From an uncultured Fibrobacterota bacterium (GTDB lineage: Bacteria; Fibrobacterota; OXYB2-FULL-49-7; CAYNYI01), in NCBI GenBank assembly GCA_964401455.1, contig CAYNYI010000003.1, positions 1 to 60,203 on the forward strand: a stretch of DNA of 60,203 nt, given 5' to 3'. Made by a program: the position numbers and the translations under genes. Within the stretch, counting starts at the first letter, position 1. Every line of letters starts with the position of its first letter. Below, piece after piece: positions 48,262 to 58,541 of the stretch. The notes below the pieces were generated by a model that searched no databases, was not told where the DNA came from, and was given only the letters and a program-made list of their open reading frames with translations.

Positions 48262-49458
48262 TTATTTGTCAGTCAGGGCCGCGACTCCCGGAAGCTCCTT
48301 ACCCTCAAGAAATTCAAGAGAGGCGCCGCCTCCGGTGGACACATGCGAGACTTTTTCGGCAACTCCTGCCTTTTTTACCGCAGAGGCTGAATCACCGCCG
48401 CCTATTACCGTCACCGCTCCTTTTGAAGTCGCTTCCGCGAGAACTTCAGCGATAGCGTAGGTTCCTTTGGAAGACGCCTCTATTTCAAAAACACCCATAG
48501 GTCCGTTCCACACTATGGTCTTGGCATTTTCCAGAACAGACTTGAATTTCGCCACTGATTTTTCTCCGATATCAACACCCATCATGCCTTTAGGTATGGC
48601 TCCCGCGTCAACTGTGCGGGCTTCGCCCATTGTCCTGTTATCAAAATCGAGTTTATCGGTAATTATGTTGTCCTCAGGCAAAAGAATCTTGTCTCCGGCT
48701 TTTTCGAGCAGATCTTTCGCGAGACTGACTTTATCTTCCTCCAGAAGACTGTCTCCTATTTCAAGTCCTTTAGCTTTATAGAAGGTATAGGCCATTCCTC
48801 CGCCTATGATGAGCTTGTCAACTTTAGGAAGCAGGTTAGATATGACATCAATTTTTCCGGAGATTTTTGCTCCGCCCAGAACAGCCACAAAAGGCTTCTC
48901 GGGGTTTTCTACAACATTTCCGAGATATTCGATTTCTTTTTTGAGAAGAAAACCCGAAGCACACTTGTCAAAATGTTTTGTAACGCCTTCTGTTGAAGCA
49001 TGGGCGCGGTGGGCGGTTCCAAAAGCGTCATTAACATATACCTCTCCCAGGGCCGCAAGCTTTGACGCGAACTCTGGATCATTTTTGGTTTCCTCATTAT
49101 AATAACGCAGGTTCTCAAGCAAAAGGACGTCACCGTCTGTAAGAGCGGCGGCAGCTTCCTCCGCAGGGGCTCCGATACAGTCCTCGGCAAAAGCCACTTC
49201 CTTGCCGAGTAGGCCAGAAAGAACTTCGGCACATGGCCTCAGAGACATCTCGGGTTTTCTTTCTCCTTTAGGCCTTCCGAGGTGAGACATAAGAATGAGT
49301 TTTCCCCCGTTTTCGGAGATATATTTAATTGTAGGCAATGCGGCCTGTATCCTCTTATCGTTCGCAACTTTTCCGTTTTCGAGGGGGACATTAAAGTCAA
49401 CCCTCATAAGGACCTTTTTACCTTTCAAGTCCAGGTCTTCGACTGTAATCTTGGCCAT
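48262..49458 (-). CDS. pgk: Phosphoglycerate kinase
   Basis: [15 protein letters not shown], and GGGDS/STGGGA motifs. Confidence 0.95.
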   Translation of the reverse strand: MAKITVEDLDLKGKKVLMRVDFNVPLENGKVANDKRIQAALPTIKYISENGGKLILMSHLGRPKGERKPEMSLRPCAEVLSGLLGKEVAFAEDCIGAPAEEAAAALTDGDVLLLENLRYYNEETKNDPEFASKLAALGEVYVNDAFGTAHRAHASTEGVTKHFDKCASGFLLKKEIEYLGNVVENPEKPFVAVLGGAKISGKIDVISNLLPKVDKLIIGGGMAYTFYKAKGLEIGDSLLEEDKVSLAKDLLEKAGDKILLPEDNIITDKLDFDNRTMGEARTVDAGAIPKGMMGVDIGEKSVAKFKSVLENAKTIVWNGPMGVFEIEASSKGTYAIAEVLAEATSKGAVTVIGGGDSASAVKKAGVAEKVSHVSTGGGASLEFLEGKELPGVAALTDK

Positions 49459-49895
49459 AATTTCTCCTTTTTTTATTTCTTCAGGATTTTGTATTCTTAT
49501 TTCAGCCCGACTAATATAAAATCTTTGCTCCGATCAATACAAGATTAAAAGAAATATTAGACTTACTGTAATTTCACCAAATTTTCCCTCTTTCTAACTG
49601 ATATTTTATTATTAATATTTGATATTTTATACCTATAAACGCATTATATATGTTGACAAAACAGATCTGCAGCCAAGGCGTATCAGCCTTTTATCGAAGT
49701 TTTCTATGATTAAAGCGGACCCTCTTACGGATGCGGCTGTATCGTCGGAGAGAGATTAATTTTAAAAGGCTGCCTTAAGGGAAGCCCCGGCATCATCCTG
49801 TGTGATTCCGTAAAAAGACCAAAGACATACCCAGGCAATCCTGACATACAGAATGGCATGCACAAATAAATCATTCAGAACAATTAAAAGACACA

Positions 49896-49929
49896 GGGAC
49901 GCAATTCCTCGCGTCCCCGAACTTTTTTT
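49896..49929. terminator. Intrinsic terminator hairpin (strong in plus orientation, usable in minus)
   Basis: GGGACGC-aattcctc-GCGTCCC followed by T7 on the plus strand. On the minus strand it sits 13 nt after the stop of the Cys-rich gene and is followed by tgtgtctttt. Confidence 0.55.
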
Positions 49930-49941
49930 ATTATTTAATCA

Positions 49942-50256
49942 TTACTTTTTAGAGCACCCGCCCTTTTTCATGTTATTTTTACCATGAGAGGATTTTTTAC
50001 CTGACACGGCGTCAACACCGATTTTCCGGCAGCAACCATTTTTAATTTCTTTACCTCTATAGGCACAGTCTTTATTCTTAACACATGCCGCTGAATCTAT
50101 CTTACAGTTATCACACTTGCCGTCATTATCTTTATCAACGAAATTGCACCCGGCTTTAACTGTTTTCTTGACTGCCTCTCCTTCTGCTCCGGATCTTTCA
50201 TCCGCTGCAAAAACGAACACAGAAAAAAGCATGGTAAAGATAAGAAAATATTTCAT
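49942..50256 (-). CDS. Small secreted Lys- and Cys-rich protein (104 aa)
   Basis: Signal peptide MKYFLIFTMLFSVFVFA. The mature part has nine Cys (CNFVDKDNDGKCDNC ... CVKNKDC ... GCC ... GGC) and many Lys. No family recognised. Confidence 0.55.
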   Translation of the reverse strand: MKYFLIFTMLFSVFVFAADERSGAEGEAVKKTVKAGCNFVDKDNDGKCDNCKIDSAACVKNKDCAYRGKEIKNGCCRKIGVDAVSGKKSSHGKNNMKKGGCSKK

Positions 50257-50378
50257 TTGCCCTCCGGCGTCTTAGTTAAAATTTTCACCTACACAAACAA
50301 TATGATTTTTACGCCTCAAAAGTCAAGCTTGATGGAAGGGAGGTCGATTCACAGTCAAAAAACAACCGGCAGTATCCA

Positions 50379-50408
50379 TAAAAAAAGCGCCCGACGGGCG
50401 CTTTTTTT
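50379..50408. terminator. Bidirectional rho-independent terminator after gap
   Basis: An A-run, a GCGCC-cgacg-GGCGC hairpin, then a T-run. It is symmetric and lies 32 nt after the gap stop. Confidence 0.75.
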
Positions 50409-50439
50409 ATGGATAAAACACGTTAAAATGTTTTTTTAA

Positions 50440-51438
50440 CTATGCCATCTTCTTAATGAGGTCGATACATCTGTTTGAATAACCCCACTCATTATCGTAC
50501 CATGAAACGAGTTTAACGAGATTGCCAAGAACCATTGTGCTACCTGCATCAACAATAGATGAAGCAGGATCGTGAATAACGTCGGCCGAAACGATGGGAT
50601 CCGCCTCGTATTTGAGAATACCCTTCATCGGACCTTCAGCAGCCTCTTTGAGAGCGGCATTAATCTCTTCAACAGAAGCTTCTTTACTTATTGTGGCTAC
50701 AAGATCAACAATAGATCCTACAGGTGTCGGGACCCTCATTGCGAATCCGTCGAGTTTTCCATTAAGTTCGGGAAGGACCTTACCTACCGCTATGGCAGCA
50801 CCTGTAGTAGTAGGTATAATGTTCATGGCGCCGGCACGTGCCCTGCGGAGGTCGGAATGAGCCTGGTCAACCATGCTCTGGTCATTAGTGTACCCGTGAA
50901 CGGTTGTCATGAGTCCCTTTTCGATTCCGAACTTGTCATTAATAACCTTTGCTACCGGTGCAAGACAGTTTGTAGTACAGCTTGCGTTGGAAACGAGAGT
51001 ATCGTCGGCCCCGAGAGTTTCATCATTCACGCCCATGACAATGAGCTTAATCTCCCCTGTTTTATCTTTAGGCGGAACAGAAAGAAGTACTTTCTTTGCA
51101 CCTGCGGCTATATGCTTTTTAATAGCTTCCGCTGTGCGGAAAACACCTGTTGACTCAAGTACTATATCGGCACCGAGGTCTTTCCACGGAAGTTCGGCGG
51201 GATCTTTGATTTTTGAGACAGGAATTTCTTTTCCGTTAAAAGTAACGCTGTTTTCTGAAGAGGAAACTTCTCCGTCAAACTTTCCCTGTGTAGAATCATA
51301 TTTCATGAGATGAGCCATAGTCGCGGGATCCATAAGGTCGTTGATTCCAACGATTTCGATATCCTTATCAGCCATTGCGGCACGCGCCACGAGTTTTCCG
51401 ATTCTTCCGAATCCGTTAATACCAAGTTTGATCGCCAT
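50440..51438 (-). CDS. gap: Glyceraldehyde-3-phosphate dehydrogenase
   Basis: INGFGRIGK Rossmann motif and active site SNASCTTNCLAP. Confidence 0.95.
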   Translation of the reverse strand: MAIKLGINGFGRIGKLVARAAMADKDIEIVGINDLMDPATMAHLMKYDSTQGKFDGEVSSSENSVTFNGKEIPVSKIKDPAELPWKDLGADIVLESTGVFRTAEAIKKHIAAGAKKVLLSVPPKDKTGEIKLIVMGVNDETLGADDTLVSNASCTTNCLAPVAKVINDKFGIEKGLMTTVHGYTNDQSMVDQAHSDLRRARAGAMNIIPTTTGAAIAVGKVLPELNGKLDGFAMRVPTPVGSIVDLVATISKEASVEEINAALKEAAEGPMKGILKYEADPIVSADVIHDPASSIVDAGSTMVLGNLVKLVSWYDNEWGYSNRCIDLIKKMA

Positions 51439-51486
51439 AAAATTACTCCTTTTAATAAGTGATGTTTTAAATGTTTTTCAAAAAAA

Positions 51487-52497
51487 CTATCCGAAGATCT
51501 CCTTGCCTTTTCCGGCAGAGCCGAGAACATTCTTGTTCTTTTCGATTATCATTTCCTTAAGCTCCTCACGGGCAGGTCCGAGATATTTTCTCGGATCAAA
51601 TTCTTCCGGCTTTTCATTGAATACTTTACGGATCATGCCTGTCATGGCAAGTCTGCCGTCAGAGTCAATATTAATTTTACAAACAGCGGATTTTGCTGCT
51701 TTTCTGAGCTGTTCCTCTGGGATTCCGACCGCGTCCTTGAGCTGGCCGCCGTTACTGTTTATCATATCAACATACTTGGGAACAACCGATGATGAGCCGT
51801 GAAGCACAATCGGAAAACCGTTGATTTTTTTCTCAATTTCCTCAAGGATATCGAAACGCAGAGGCGGGGGAACGAAAACGCCGTCTTCATTCTTTGTGCA
51901 CTGCTCCGGTTTAAATTTGTTGGCCCCGTGCGAAGTACCTATTGAAATAGCAAGCGAGTCCACGCCCGTTTTTTTGACAAATTCCTCAACCTCCTCAGGC
52001 TGTGTATAAACCGACTTGGCGGCAACGACGTCATCCTCTATTCCCGCGAGAACACCAAGCTCACCTTCAACGGTTACATCTCTCTCATGAGCGTATTCAA
52101 CAACCTTTTTTGTAAGGGCTATATTATCCTCAAATGAATGATGGGAACCGTCTATCATAACCGACGAGAAACCTGATTCTATGCAGGACTGACAAAGTTC
52201 AAAAGTATCACCGTGGTCAAGATGAAGTGCAAACTTAAGATGGGGATTCAGTTCTTTCATTAGCTCAACCGCTCCCTGCGCCATATATCTGAGCAATGTC
52301 TGGTTAGCATATTTACGCGCGCCCGAAGAAACCTGAAGAATAAAAGGTGAATCGGATTCCGCGCATCCCATAACTATCGACTGGAGCTGCTCCATATTAT
52401 TGAAGTTGTAAGCAGGAACAGCATATCCGCCCTCAAACGCTTTCTTGAACATACCCCTGGTGTTGACAAGACCGATTTCTTTGTAACTTACTGCCAT
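51487..52497 (-). CDS. fba: Class II fructose-1,6-bisphosphate aldolase
   Basis: YAVPAYNFNN, LHLDHG and GTSHGA motifs. Confidence 0.9.
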   Translation of the reverse strand: MAVSYKEIGLVNTRGMFKKAFEGGYAVPAYNFNNMEQLQSIVMGCAESDSPFILQVSSGARKYANQTLLRYMAQGAVELMKELNPHLKFALHLDHGDTFELCQSCIESGFSSVMIDGSHHSFEDNIALTKKVVEYAHERDVTVEGELGVLAGIEDDVVAAKSVYTQPEEVEEFVKKTGVDSLAISIGTSHGANKFKPEQCTKNEDGVFVPPPLRFDILEEIEKKINGFPIVLHGSSSVVPKYVDMINSNGGQLKDAVGIPEEQLRKAAKSAVCKINIDSDGRLAMTGMIRKVFNEKPEEFDPRKYLGPAREELKEMIIEKNKNVLGSAGKGKEIFG

Positions 52498-52544
52498 AAT
52501 GTTTCCTTTTTTATAATTTATTTAAAGTTTATTGATAACCTGTA

Positions 52545-53780
52545 TTATTTTCCCGGCTTTACCTTTTTAAAAATATCCAGATTCGGGATCTTGGTTTTGG
52601 GCCCGATGAGATACTCAAGAAAATCGTGATATGCCGGTTTCATTTTAAAATTGACCGCGTCATAATAATCCTTTATCGAAAGCGGCTTGTTTCCAACGCC
52701 GGTCATTGGCATAGTTGTGACATTATAGGCTTCAAGTCCGCTAAAATCAACCATTTCGGCAAGCACCGGCATACGTCCGTACTCCTCGTTGAGCAGCATT
52801 TCCGCGACTTTGTTTCCGAGCGCCGTAGTAAGCTGGCGGTCATGATGCGAGGACCTTCCTGAGCGCGGAAGATAACCGGTGGCCATGCTTCTTGCGTCTA
52901 TTCCACAGCGGGAAGTTATCTCCGAAGCAATCTTTCCGCCTATTCCTCCGAGACGCGGATGACCGAATGCATCAAGATCCGCGGAAGCTTTTACTGTTTC
53001 ACATTTACCGGTTTCGTCGTCATACCATTTGACTCCTTCTGATACCGCCACAATAAGCCCCCCGTTTAGGGAATCTTTAAAAGCTTTCTTTACAGCGTCA
53101 AAGAACCTGGCTTTTTTCTCTTTGGTTATGACAATCTCAGGAACGAGAACAACTTCCGCTCCTCCATGAGCCGCAGAGCCTACAAGCCAGCCGGCGTCAC
53201 GCCCCATAATTTCCACAACAAATGCCCGTTTGTGAGTATCGGCGGTTGTACGAAGCTGCTTCGCGACATCCCGCACAACTTTTGCCGCGGTAGGAAAACC
53301 CGGACAAAGCACCGCTTCGATTTTCTTTCCCCGGTATTTATGGGTCGTCCGGGTGCGCAGGTCATTATCGATTGTTTTCGGGAATCCGATTACAGGAATA
53401 CCGTATTTTTCAAAAAGGGCCTTGGCGGCGCCGTTTGTATCATCACCGCCTATAGAAATAATCAGATCAAGACCATATCTCTTTATATTCTGCATGACCT
53501 CTTTAGACTTATCCGCAACACCCTTGGTTGTTTTTACTTTAAAAGGGTTTGTCCTTGAAGAATACAGAATTGAGCCTCCCCTCCAGCCGTCTATGGGGAG
53601 TTTTGACAGATTTATCATGTCGCCCTTACCGAGCAGTCCCTTCCAGCCGAAACGTATTCCGTAAACTTCATATCCGAGCACATGGGCCATATTTTTAATG
53701 GTTTCTATGCTTCCGTTAAGTGCGCAGGTATCACCTCCGCCTGTCAGAATACCAAGTCTTTTTGCTGTTTTTTTGGCCAT
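52545..53780 (-). CDS. pfp: Phosphofructokinase, probably pyrophosphate-dependent
   Basis: PFK motifs GILTGGGDTCALN, GGDDT and PKTIDND. Asp at the GGD(G/D) position and Lys in the P(G/K)TIDND position are the published PPi-versus-ATP discriminators. Confidence 0.8.
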   Translation of the reverse strand: MAKKTAKRLGILTGGGDTCALNGSIETIKNMAHVLGYEVYGIRFGWKGLLGKGDMINLSKLPIDGWRGGSILYSSRTNPFKVKTTKGVADKSKEVMQNIKRYGLDLIISIGGDDTNGAAKALFEKYGIPVIGFPKTIDNDLRTRTTHKYRGKKIEAVLCPGFPTAAKVVRDVAKQLRTTADTHKRAFVVEIMGRDAGWLVGSAAHGGAEVVLVPEIVITKEKKARFFDAVKKAFKDSLNGGLIVAVSEGVKWYDDETGKCETVKASADLDAFGHPRLGGIGGKIASEITSRCGIDARSMATGYLPRSGRSSHHDRQLTTALGNKVAEMLLNEEYGRMPVLAEMVDFSGLEAYNVTTMPMTGVGNKPLSIKDYYDAVNFKMKPAYHDFLEYLIGPKTKIPNLDIFKKVKPGK

Positions 53781-53921
53781 TTATCATCTCCTTGAGGCAT
53801 TAGTAAAGTAGTGTTGGTTTCGTCTCAGAAGAGGTAAGATAATATATCATATATTTGTAGTCAAGACGCACAGAATAAAATTAACAGGATTGAAAAAGGG
53901 CTGAAATACCTGACCCGGTAT

Positions 53922-54686
53922 TCAGACATCAATGTCAATTCCTACTGGACAGTGGTCCGAACCCGGAACATCACCAAGAATAAAGGCGTCGCGGAGTTTT
54001 TCGCGCAGACCCGGGGAAATAATGAAATAATCCAGCCTCCAGCCAACATTTCTCTCCCTTGCCCTCGTCTTGTAATCCCACCATGAATAGGCACCGTCTT
54101 CATCATGAAATTCACGAAATGTATCAATAAACCCGCTTTTAAAGAATTCCGTCAGGGCCTCACGTTCCTGTGGCAGAAATCCGGAATTATTAGAGTTTTC
54201 ACGCGGTCTGGCCAGATCAATTTCCTTATGGGCTGTATTTACATCTCCGCATACAATAACATTACCGCTGTTGGAAGCTTCTTTTTTTACCAATTTAAAG
54301 AATTCAGAATAAAAATCCAACTTATATGCAAGTCTTTCGGGTGATGCGCCTCCATTCGGGAAATAAACATTATATAAAGAAAAATCAGAATAAATGAGCT
54401 TCTGCACCCGGCCTTCAATATCAAATTTCTTCTTACCGAATCCGTTTTCGATACGGAGAGGCTTCTTCAGGTAATATACGGCTACGCCGCTGTATCCTTT
54501 GCGGTCAGCCGGCGTGATATGAAAATCATATCCGGAAGGCGAGAGCGCTTTTTTCGGTAACTGCTCTTCCAAAGATTTTGTTTCCTGAAGACATACTATA
54601 TCGGCACCGCAACCCGACAGCCATTCGAGAAAATCCTTCCTCAAAGCTGCGCGGAGACCGTTAACATTCCATGAAAGCATTTTCAT
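53922..54686 (-). CDS. xth: Exodeoxyribonuclease III
   Basis: MKMLSWNVNGLRA, LQETK and the C-terminal SDHCPV motif. Confidence 0.9.
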   Translation of the reverse strand: MKMLSWNVNGLRAALRKDFLEWLSGCGADIVCLQETKSLEEQLPKKALSPSGYDFHITPADRKGYSGVAVYYLKKPLRIENGFGKKKFDIEGRVQKLIYSDFSLYNVYFPNGGASPERLAYKLDFYSEFFKLVKKEASNSGNVIVCGDVNTAHKEIDLARPRENSNNSGFLPQEREALTEFFKSGFIDTFREFHDEDGAYSWWDYKTRARERNVGWRLDYFIISPGLREKLRDAFILGDVPGSDHCPVGIDIDV

Positions 54687-54789
54687 AAGGCAGGCTCTTT
54701 TTACGGGTTAACACTTAATCAAAAGCAAAGCTAATATATTTGATACGCAATTCGCCAGGAGAATATATTAAGGCAGGAAATCTGAAAGA

Positions 54790-56184
54790 CTATCTATTTT
54801 GCAAAATTCTTTCCAGAGCGTCCTTAAGGTCAGAAGCCCGGTATGGCTTAATCAGAATTTCATCAGAGTTTTCAATAATATCCTTTGCCCGGCATTTGTC
54901 AAAAAATCCGGTTGAGACAAGAATCCGGCATTTGCTTCCGGACTTTTTAATTTTTCTCATTAATTCTGACCCGTCCAGCTCCGGCATAACAATATCAATA
55001 ACCGCGGCATCAAAATCGTCTTTTCCCGCTTTAAACTTTTCAAAAGCTTCTATTCCGGATTCCGCGGCCGTAACTGAATACCCGTCTCTTGAAAGCGTTT
55101 CCTCTATAAACTCCCTGACACTTCGTTCATCATCCGCGACCAATATGCGTTTCCCTTTGCTTTGCTGTTTTAAGGCTGCTGAATCACGGCTGGACCGCTC
55201 AGTATGAGGAACGGGCCTTCTCCCGGGCAGAAGCATCTCTGCGGAGACTCCTCCGTCGGTATTGTTGAATACAATTAATTTACCTTCATTTCTGACCACC
55301 GCGATATTGTAAGCGTATGTAAGACCGAATCCGAGAATTTTCCCGGAATCTTCCGGAGAATAAAAACAACGCGGGTCAAAGATATCTGAAAGAATTTCTT
55401 CAGGGATACCCCCGCAATTATCACTAATCGTAATTTTCATATTGTTTTTACCGATCTTTTTACCTGGAAGCACCGATAAAACTATTTCCAAAGAAGCATC
55501 AGAAATATTATTCCTGCGTGAAGCGTCGAGACTGTTTCTAATAAATTCATAAATCATTCTGCGGAATTCATCTTTCGGCATATCCACAACCCAATCAGAC
55601 CCATCAAGACTCAGACGGCACTGAATTTCTTTCCTTTTAATCTCGCCGAAATCATTTATAAGCGCGCTTATTTCGCCGGACGGGTCCTCGGTTATTCCCG
55701 GCTGCCCTCTGTCGGCGAGCATTTTCAGGTCCGTAATATTCCTTCCGAACCGAAGACAGCTCTTTTCGGCTTTCGCTGCGAACTTCAGTGTTTCGGGGTC
55801 CGCTGACGAGAATTTCAGCAAAGACACGTTTCCGCAGACCGCCGTCAGATGATTATTAAAATCATGTCCTATTTTTCTGACAATACGGCTTATAAAATCA
55901 AGAGATTCCTGAAGAGGGTAAACGGACTTCTGCGCAATGAATAAATAGGAGGCTGTAAGCTTAATACAGGACAATCGGAGCCTGCCTTCAGACGATTGAA
56001 TTTCTCTATAAACAGGACCTTCACAGAGCGTGGATGCTTCTTTTGACATTTCGTTTAAAAGTTCCCGGGAGAATGGACCGTTTGCATTTTCCGGCCGCCC
56101 TGATCCGTATAAAACTCTGAGTACCTGTAGTTGAGAGTCTGTTTCAAGACAGAATTCCGGTTTATTTGTCTCAACGTTAACCAT
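54790..56184 (-). CDS. Soluble hybrid histidine kinase (unknown N-domain, DHp, HATPase, REC)
   Basis: H-box IGHDFNNHLTAV, HATPase G-boxes (DNCGGI, GFGLTYAYN) and a C-terminal receiver (ILVADDERSV ... AVIDIVMPELDG ... KPY). An alternative start at 56208 is possible. Either start overlaps the upstream gene. Confidence 0.8.
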   Translation of the reverse strand: MVNVETNKPEFCLETDSQLQVLRVLYGSGRPENANGPFSRELLNEMSKEASTLCEGPVYREIQSSEGRLRLSCIKLTASYLFIAQKSVYPLQESLDFISRIVRKIGHDFNNHLTAVCGNVSLLKFSSADPETLKFAAKAEKSCLRFGRNITDLKMLADRGQPGITEDPSGEISALINDFGEIKRKEIQCRLSLDGSDWVVDMPKDEFRRMIYEFIRNSLDASRRNNISDASLEIVLSVLPGKKIGKNNMKITISDNCGGIPEEILSDIFDPRCFYSPEDSGKILGFGLTYAYNIAVVRNEGKLIVFNNTDGGVSAEMLLPGRRPVPHTERSSRDSAALKQQSKGKRILVADDERSVREFIEETLSRDGYSVTAAESGIEAFEKFKAGKDDFDAAVIDIVMPELDGSELMRKIKKSGSKCRILVSTGFFDKCRAKDIIENSDEILIKPYRASDLKDALERILQNR

Positions 56185-57316
56185 TATTTGCCTTATTCCC
56201 AGGAGCATTCAGGGGGAAAAAAATAAAAAAAGAAGTCCCTTTTCCAAACTCGGTATCGAAATCTATTCTTCCGCCACACATTTCTATTGATTTTTTTATG
56301 CGGGCAAGGCCGAAACCATAGCCGCTCCTCCCGAATTCATATGGATTGTCTTCGATACTGCTGTGATAATTAATATCATGACTCCAGCCGCCGGGCAGAA
56401 AGACACGAGACTTGTATTTATCCTCAATTCCGGAGCCTTGGTCTATAACCGAAAGTTTTACCTCATCAGCCTCTTCTGAAATACAAACAATAATCGTGCC
56501 GGACTCCATTCTTCTTGCGGAATTAAGCACACATTCACGAAGAGAATCCTGCAGAACTTTTGTTTCCGCGTAACATTCAAAGGGCCCGCGGCCTTCTGTC
56601 CTCATTTCAATTTTGAGGTTCTCTCTGCCGTATTGGCGCATCTCAAGTTCAATTCTATCCAAAGCGGAAAGCGTTATCTTCTCAATGTCGGCTATACGAG
56701 GGCTGAAATCCTCCGGGCTGATATTTATATACTGATTGAAAGCACTAACAAACCTGCCGAGTTTTCCAGCTGATTCCAAAGACATTTTTATAAGATCATG
56801 CTCTTCTGAATTTTCTTCAATATATTCTTCGAGTATCTGCAGAGAACCGTTTAGTCCGTTTAAAGGTGTATTAAGTTCATGAACCAGATAACGAATAGCT
56901 GAAACAAGAGCGCCCCTTTCGATATCAACCCTTTTAAGTTTTTCCAGCTCCATCTCATCCGATTTTGCCTTAAAAGCCTTCTTGATACTGAATGAAAGAT
57001 AGTCATAGTCAGGCGGTTTGGATATATAGTCAGCAGCGCGAAGCCTCAGCGAATCTACAGAGTGGTCATAGGCGCTCAACATAAAAACAAGAATATTACT
57101 GTCCATTTTTTTTAATTCATGAAGAACTTCCAGCCCTGTCTTTTCCGGCATCTTGATATCGGTTACAACCAAACCCGGCGGCTCAATCCTGCAGGTTTCT
57201 ATCGCTTCCCGACCATCTGCAGCTGTAACAACAGTGTACCCCTTGCGTTTTAAAAATTCCGCGAGAGAATCTCTTATATCCGGTTCATCGTCAACGACCA
57301 GTATCTTTTTATTCAT
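56177..57316 (-). CDS. REC-histidine kinase fusion
   Basis: N-terminal receiver (ILVVDDEPDIRDSL ... VVTDIKMPEKTG), H-box LVHELNTPLNGL and HATPase (DQGSGI, GYGFGLA). Confidence 0.85.
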   Translation of the reverse strand: MNKKILVVDDEPDIRDSLAEFLKRKGYTVVTAADGREAIETCRIEPPGLVVTDIKMPEKTGLEVLHELKKMDSNILVFMLSAYDHSVDSLRLRAADYISKPPDYDYLSFSIKKAFKAKSDEMELEKLKRVDIERGALVSAIRYLVHELNTPLNGLNGSLQILEEYIEENSEEHDLIKMSLESAGKLGRFVSAFNQYINISPEDFSPRIADIEKITLSALDRIELEMRQYGRENLKIEMRTEGRGPFECYAETKVLQDSLRECVLNSARRMESGTIIVCISEEADEVKLSVIDQGSGIEDKYKSRVFLPGGWSHDINYHSSIEDNPYEFGRSGYGFGLARIKKSIEMCGGRIDFDTEFGKGTSFFIFFPLNAPGNKANNG

Positions 57317-58524
57317 TATTTCTCCGTGATTATTTCCTGTGCTACAGGAATAGTTACTGTAACCTTAGTTCCTCTGCCCTTTTCCGATTCGACAGAAATC
57401 TCTCCATTATGAATTTCTCTGATAATTTTATAAACAATGGAGCCTCCCTTTCCTCCGTATGTCTTGGTATTGGTAAAGAATGGGACAAAGATCTTTGCGG
57501 CCTCGTCCGGCAACATACCTCTTCCTGTGTCAATAAACTTTACAACGAGTTTTTCCCCAGCTGTATTTGCTTTTATTGTTAGTAATCCGCCGTCATTCAT
57601 TGACTCAAATGCATTCTTAATTATGTGGTATAAACCATTCTTCAATGCGGCGGAAAAACAAGTCAGGTTGCACTCACAGACCTGCATGTCCACAATGAAT
57701 TTTCCAGCCGGATATGAATCTCTCATCTGCTCCAATACCGACAGAAGAACGTCTCTGAAGGAAACCATAGAAAGTTCTTCATCATTCTCGCGGACCAGCA
57801 AATCTATGAATTCTGTATAGGATGAAAGTCTCTTCGAAAGATTGGCGAGCTTATCGTTTATTCCTTTCAATTTTTCTATATGCTCCTGCGGTATTCTCTC
57901 TCCTATATCTTCAATCAAAAAATTCAGAAGTGTAATATTTCCGTATATCCCGGCGTTTATATTATTGACCTCATGTTTTGCGGCTCTTACTACTATTAAA
58001 GCCCCCGACATCAAAGCTTCTTTCAAATCAAGCTCATGAATCCTTTTCCTGCTGGTTTCAAGTTCGAGGCTTACTTCACGGTTTTTTCGGGAAAATGAAT
58101 CGAGACTCTGCGTAAGTTCTCTGCGCAAAGCCCGCTCACGAAGATCATCAATAAGCTCAACGGTAAAGAGACTGGGAGGCCAGGGCTTACGGATATAGGA
58201 ATGTATAGGCAGCCCCCCGTCATCGACAGCCCTTTCGGCAGCGGCAAGGGCCGTGCCGTCATCTTCGGCCGTAATAACATATACGAGCGGGTTTCTGTCA
58301 TATTTAAGCAGGTCTCTAATAAATTCAGTACCGGGTTTATCCGGCATTTTCTGATCTACAAGATAGGCGTCATACTTTTTTTTCTTCACTAAAGAAACAG
58401 CTTCATTAGAAGTCAAGGCTATATCGGTTTTATAAAAATCATGGAATTCCAGGGAATCCTTTAGAGAAGAAGCGACCGTTCTGTCATCATCAACCACAAG
58501 TATATTGTAAACAGTTTTTTCCAT
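57316..58524 (-). CDS. REC-histidine kinase fusion
   Basis: N-terminal receiver (ILVVDDDRTV ... YLVDQKMPDKPG), H-box AAKHEVNNINAG and HATPase (DTGRGM, GGKGGSIVY). Confidence 0.85.
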   Translation of the reverse strand: MEKTVYNILVVDDDRTVASSLKDSLEFHDFYKTDIALTSNEAVSLVKKKKYDAYLVDQKMPDKPGTEFIRDLLKYDRNPLVYVITAEDDGTALAAAERAVDDGGLPIHSYIRKPWPPSLFTVELIDDLRERALRRELTQSLDSFSRKNREVSLELETSRKRIHELDLKEALMSGALIVVRAAKHEVNNINAGIYGNITLLNFLIEDIGERIPQEHIEKLKGINDKLANLSKRLSSYTEFIDLLVRENDEELSMVSFRDVLLSVLEQMRDSYPAGKFIVDMQVCECNLTCFSAALKNGLYHIIKNAFESMNDGGLLTIKANTAGEKLVVKFIDTGRGMLPDEAAKIFVPFFTNTKTYGGKGGSIVYKIIREIHNGEISVESEKGRGTKVTVTIPVAQEIITEK

Positions 58525-58541
58525 TTTTAACTCCAGACTCT

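Noticed and set aside
49653-49658. TTGACA hexamer as a plus-strand promoter for a small RNA ending at the 49896-49929 terminator
   Set aside because: No acceptable -10 hexamer lies 16-18 nt downstream, so a plus-strand transcript is only speculative.
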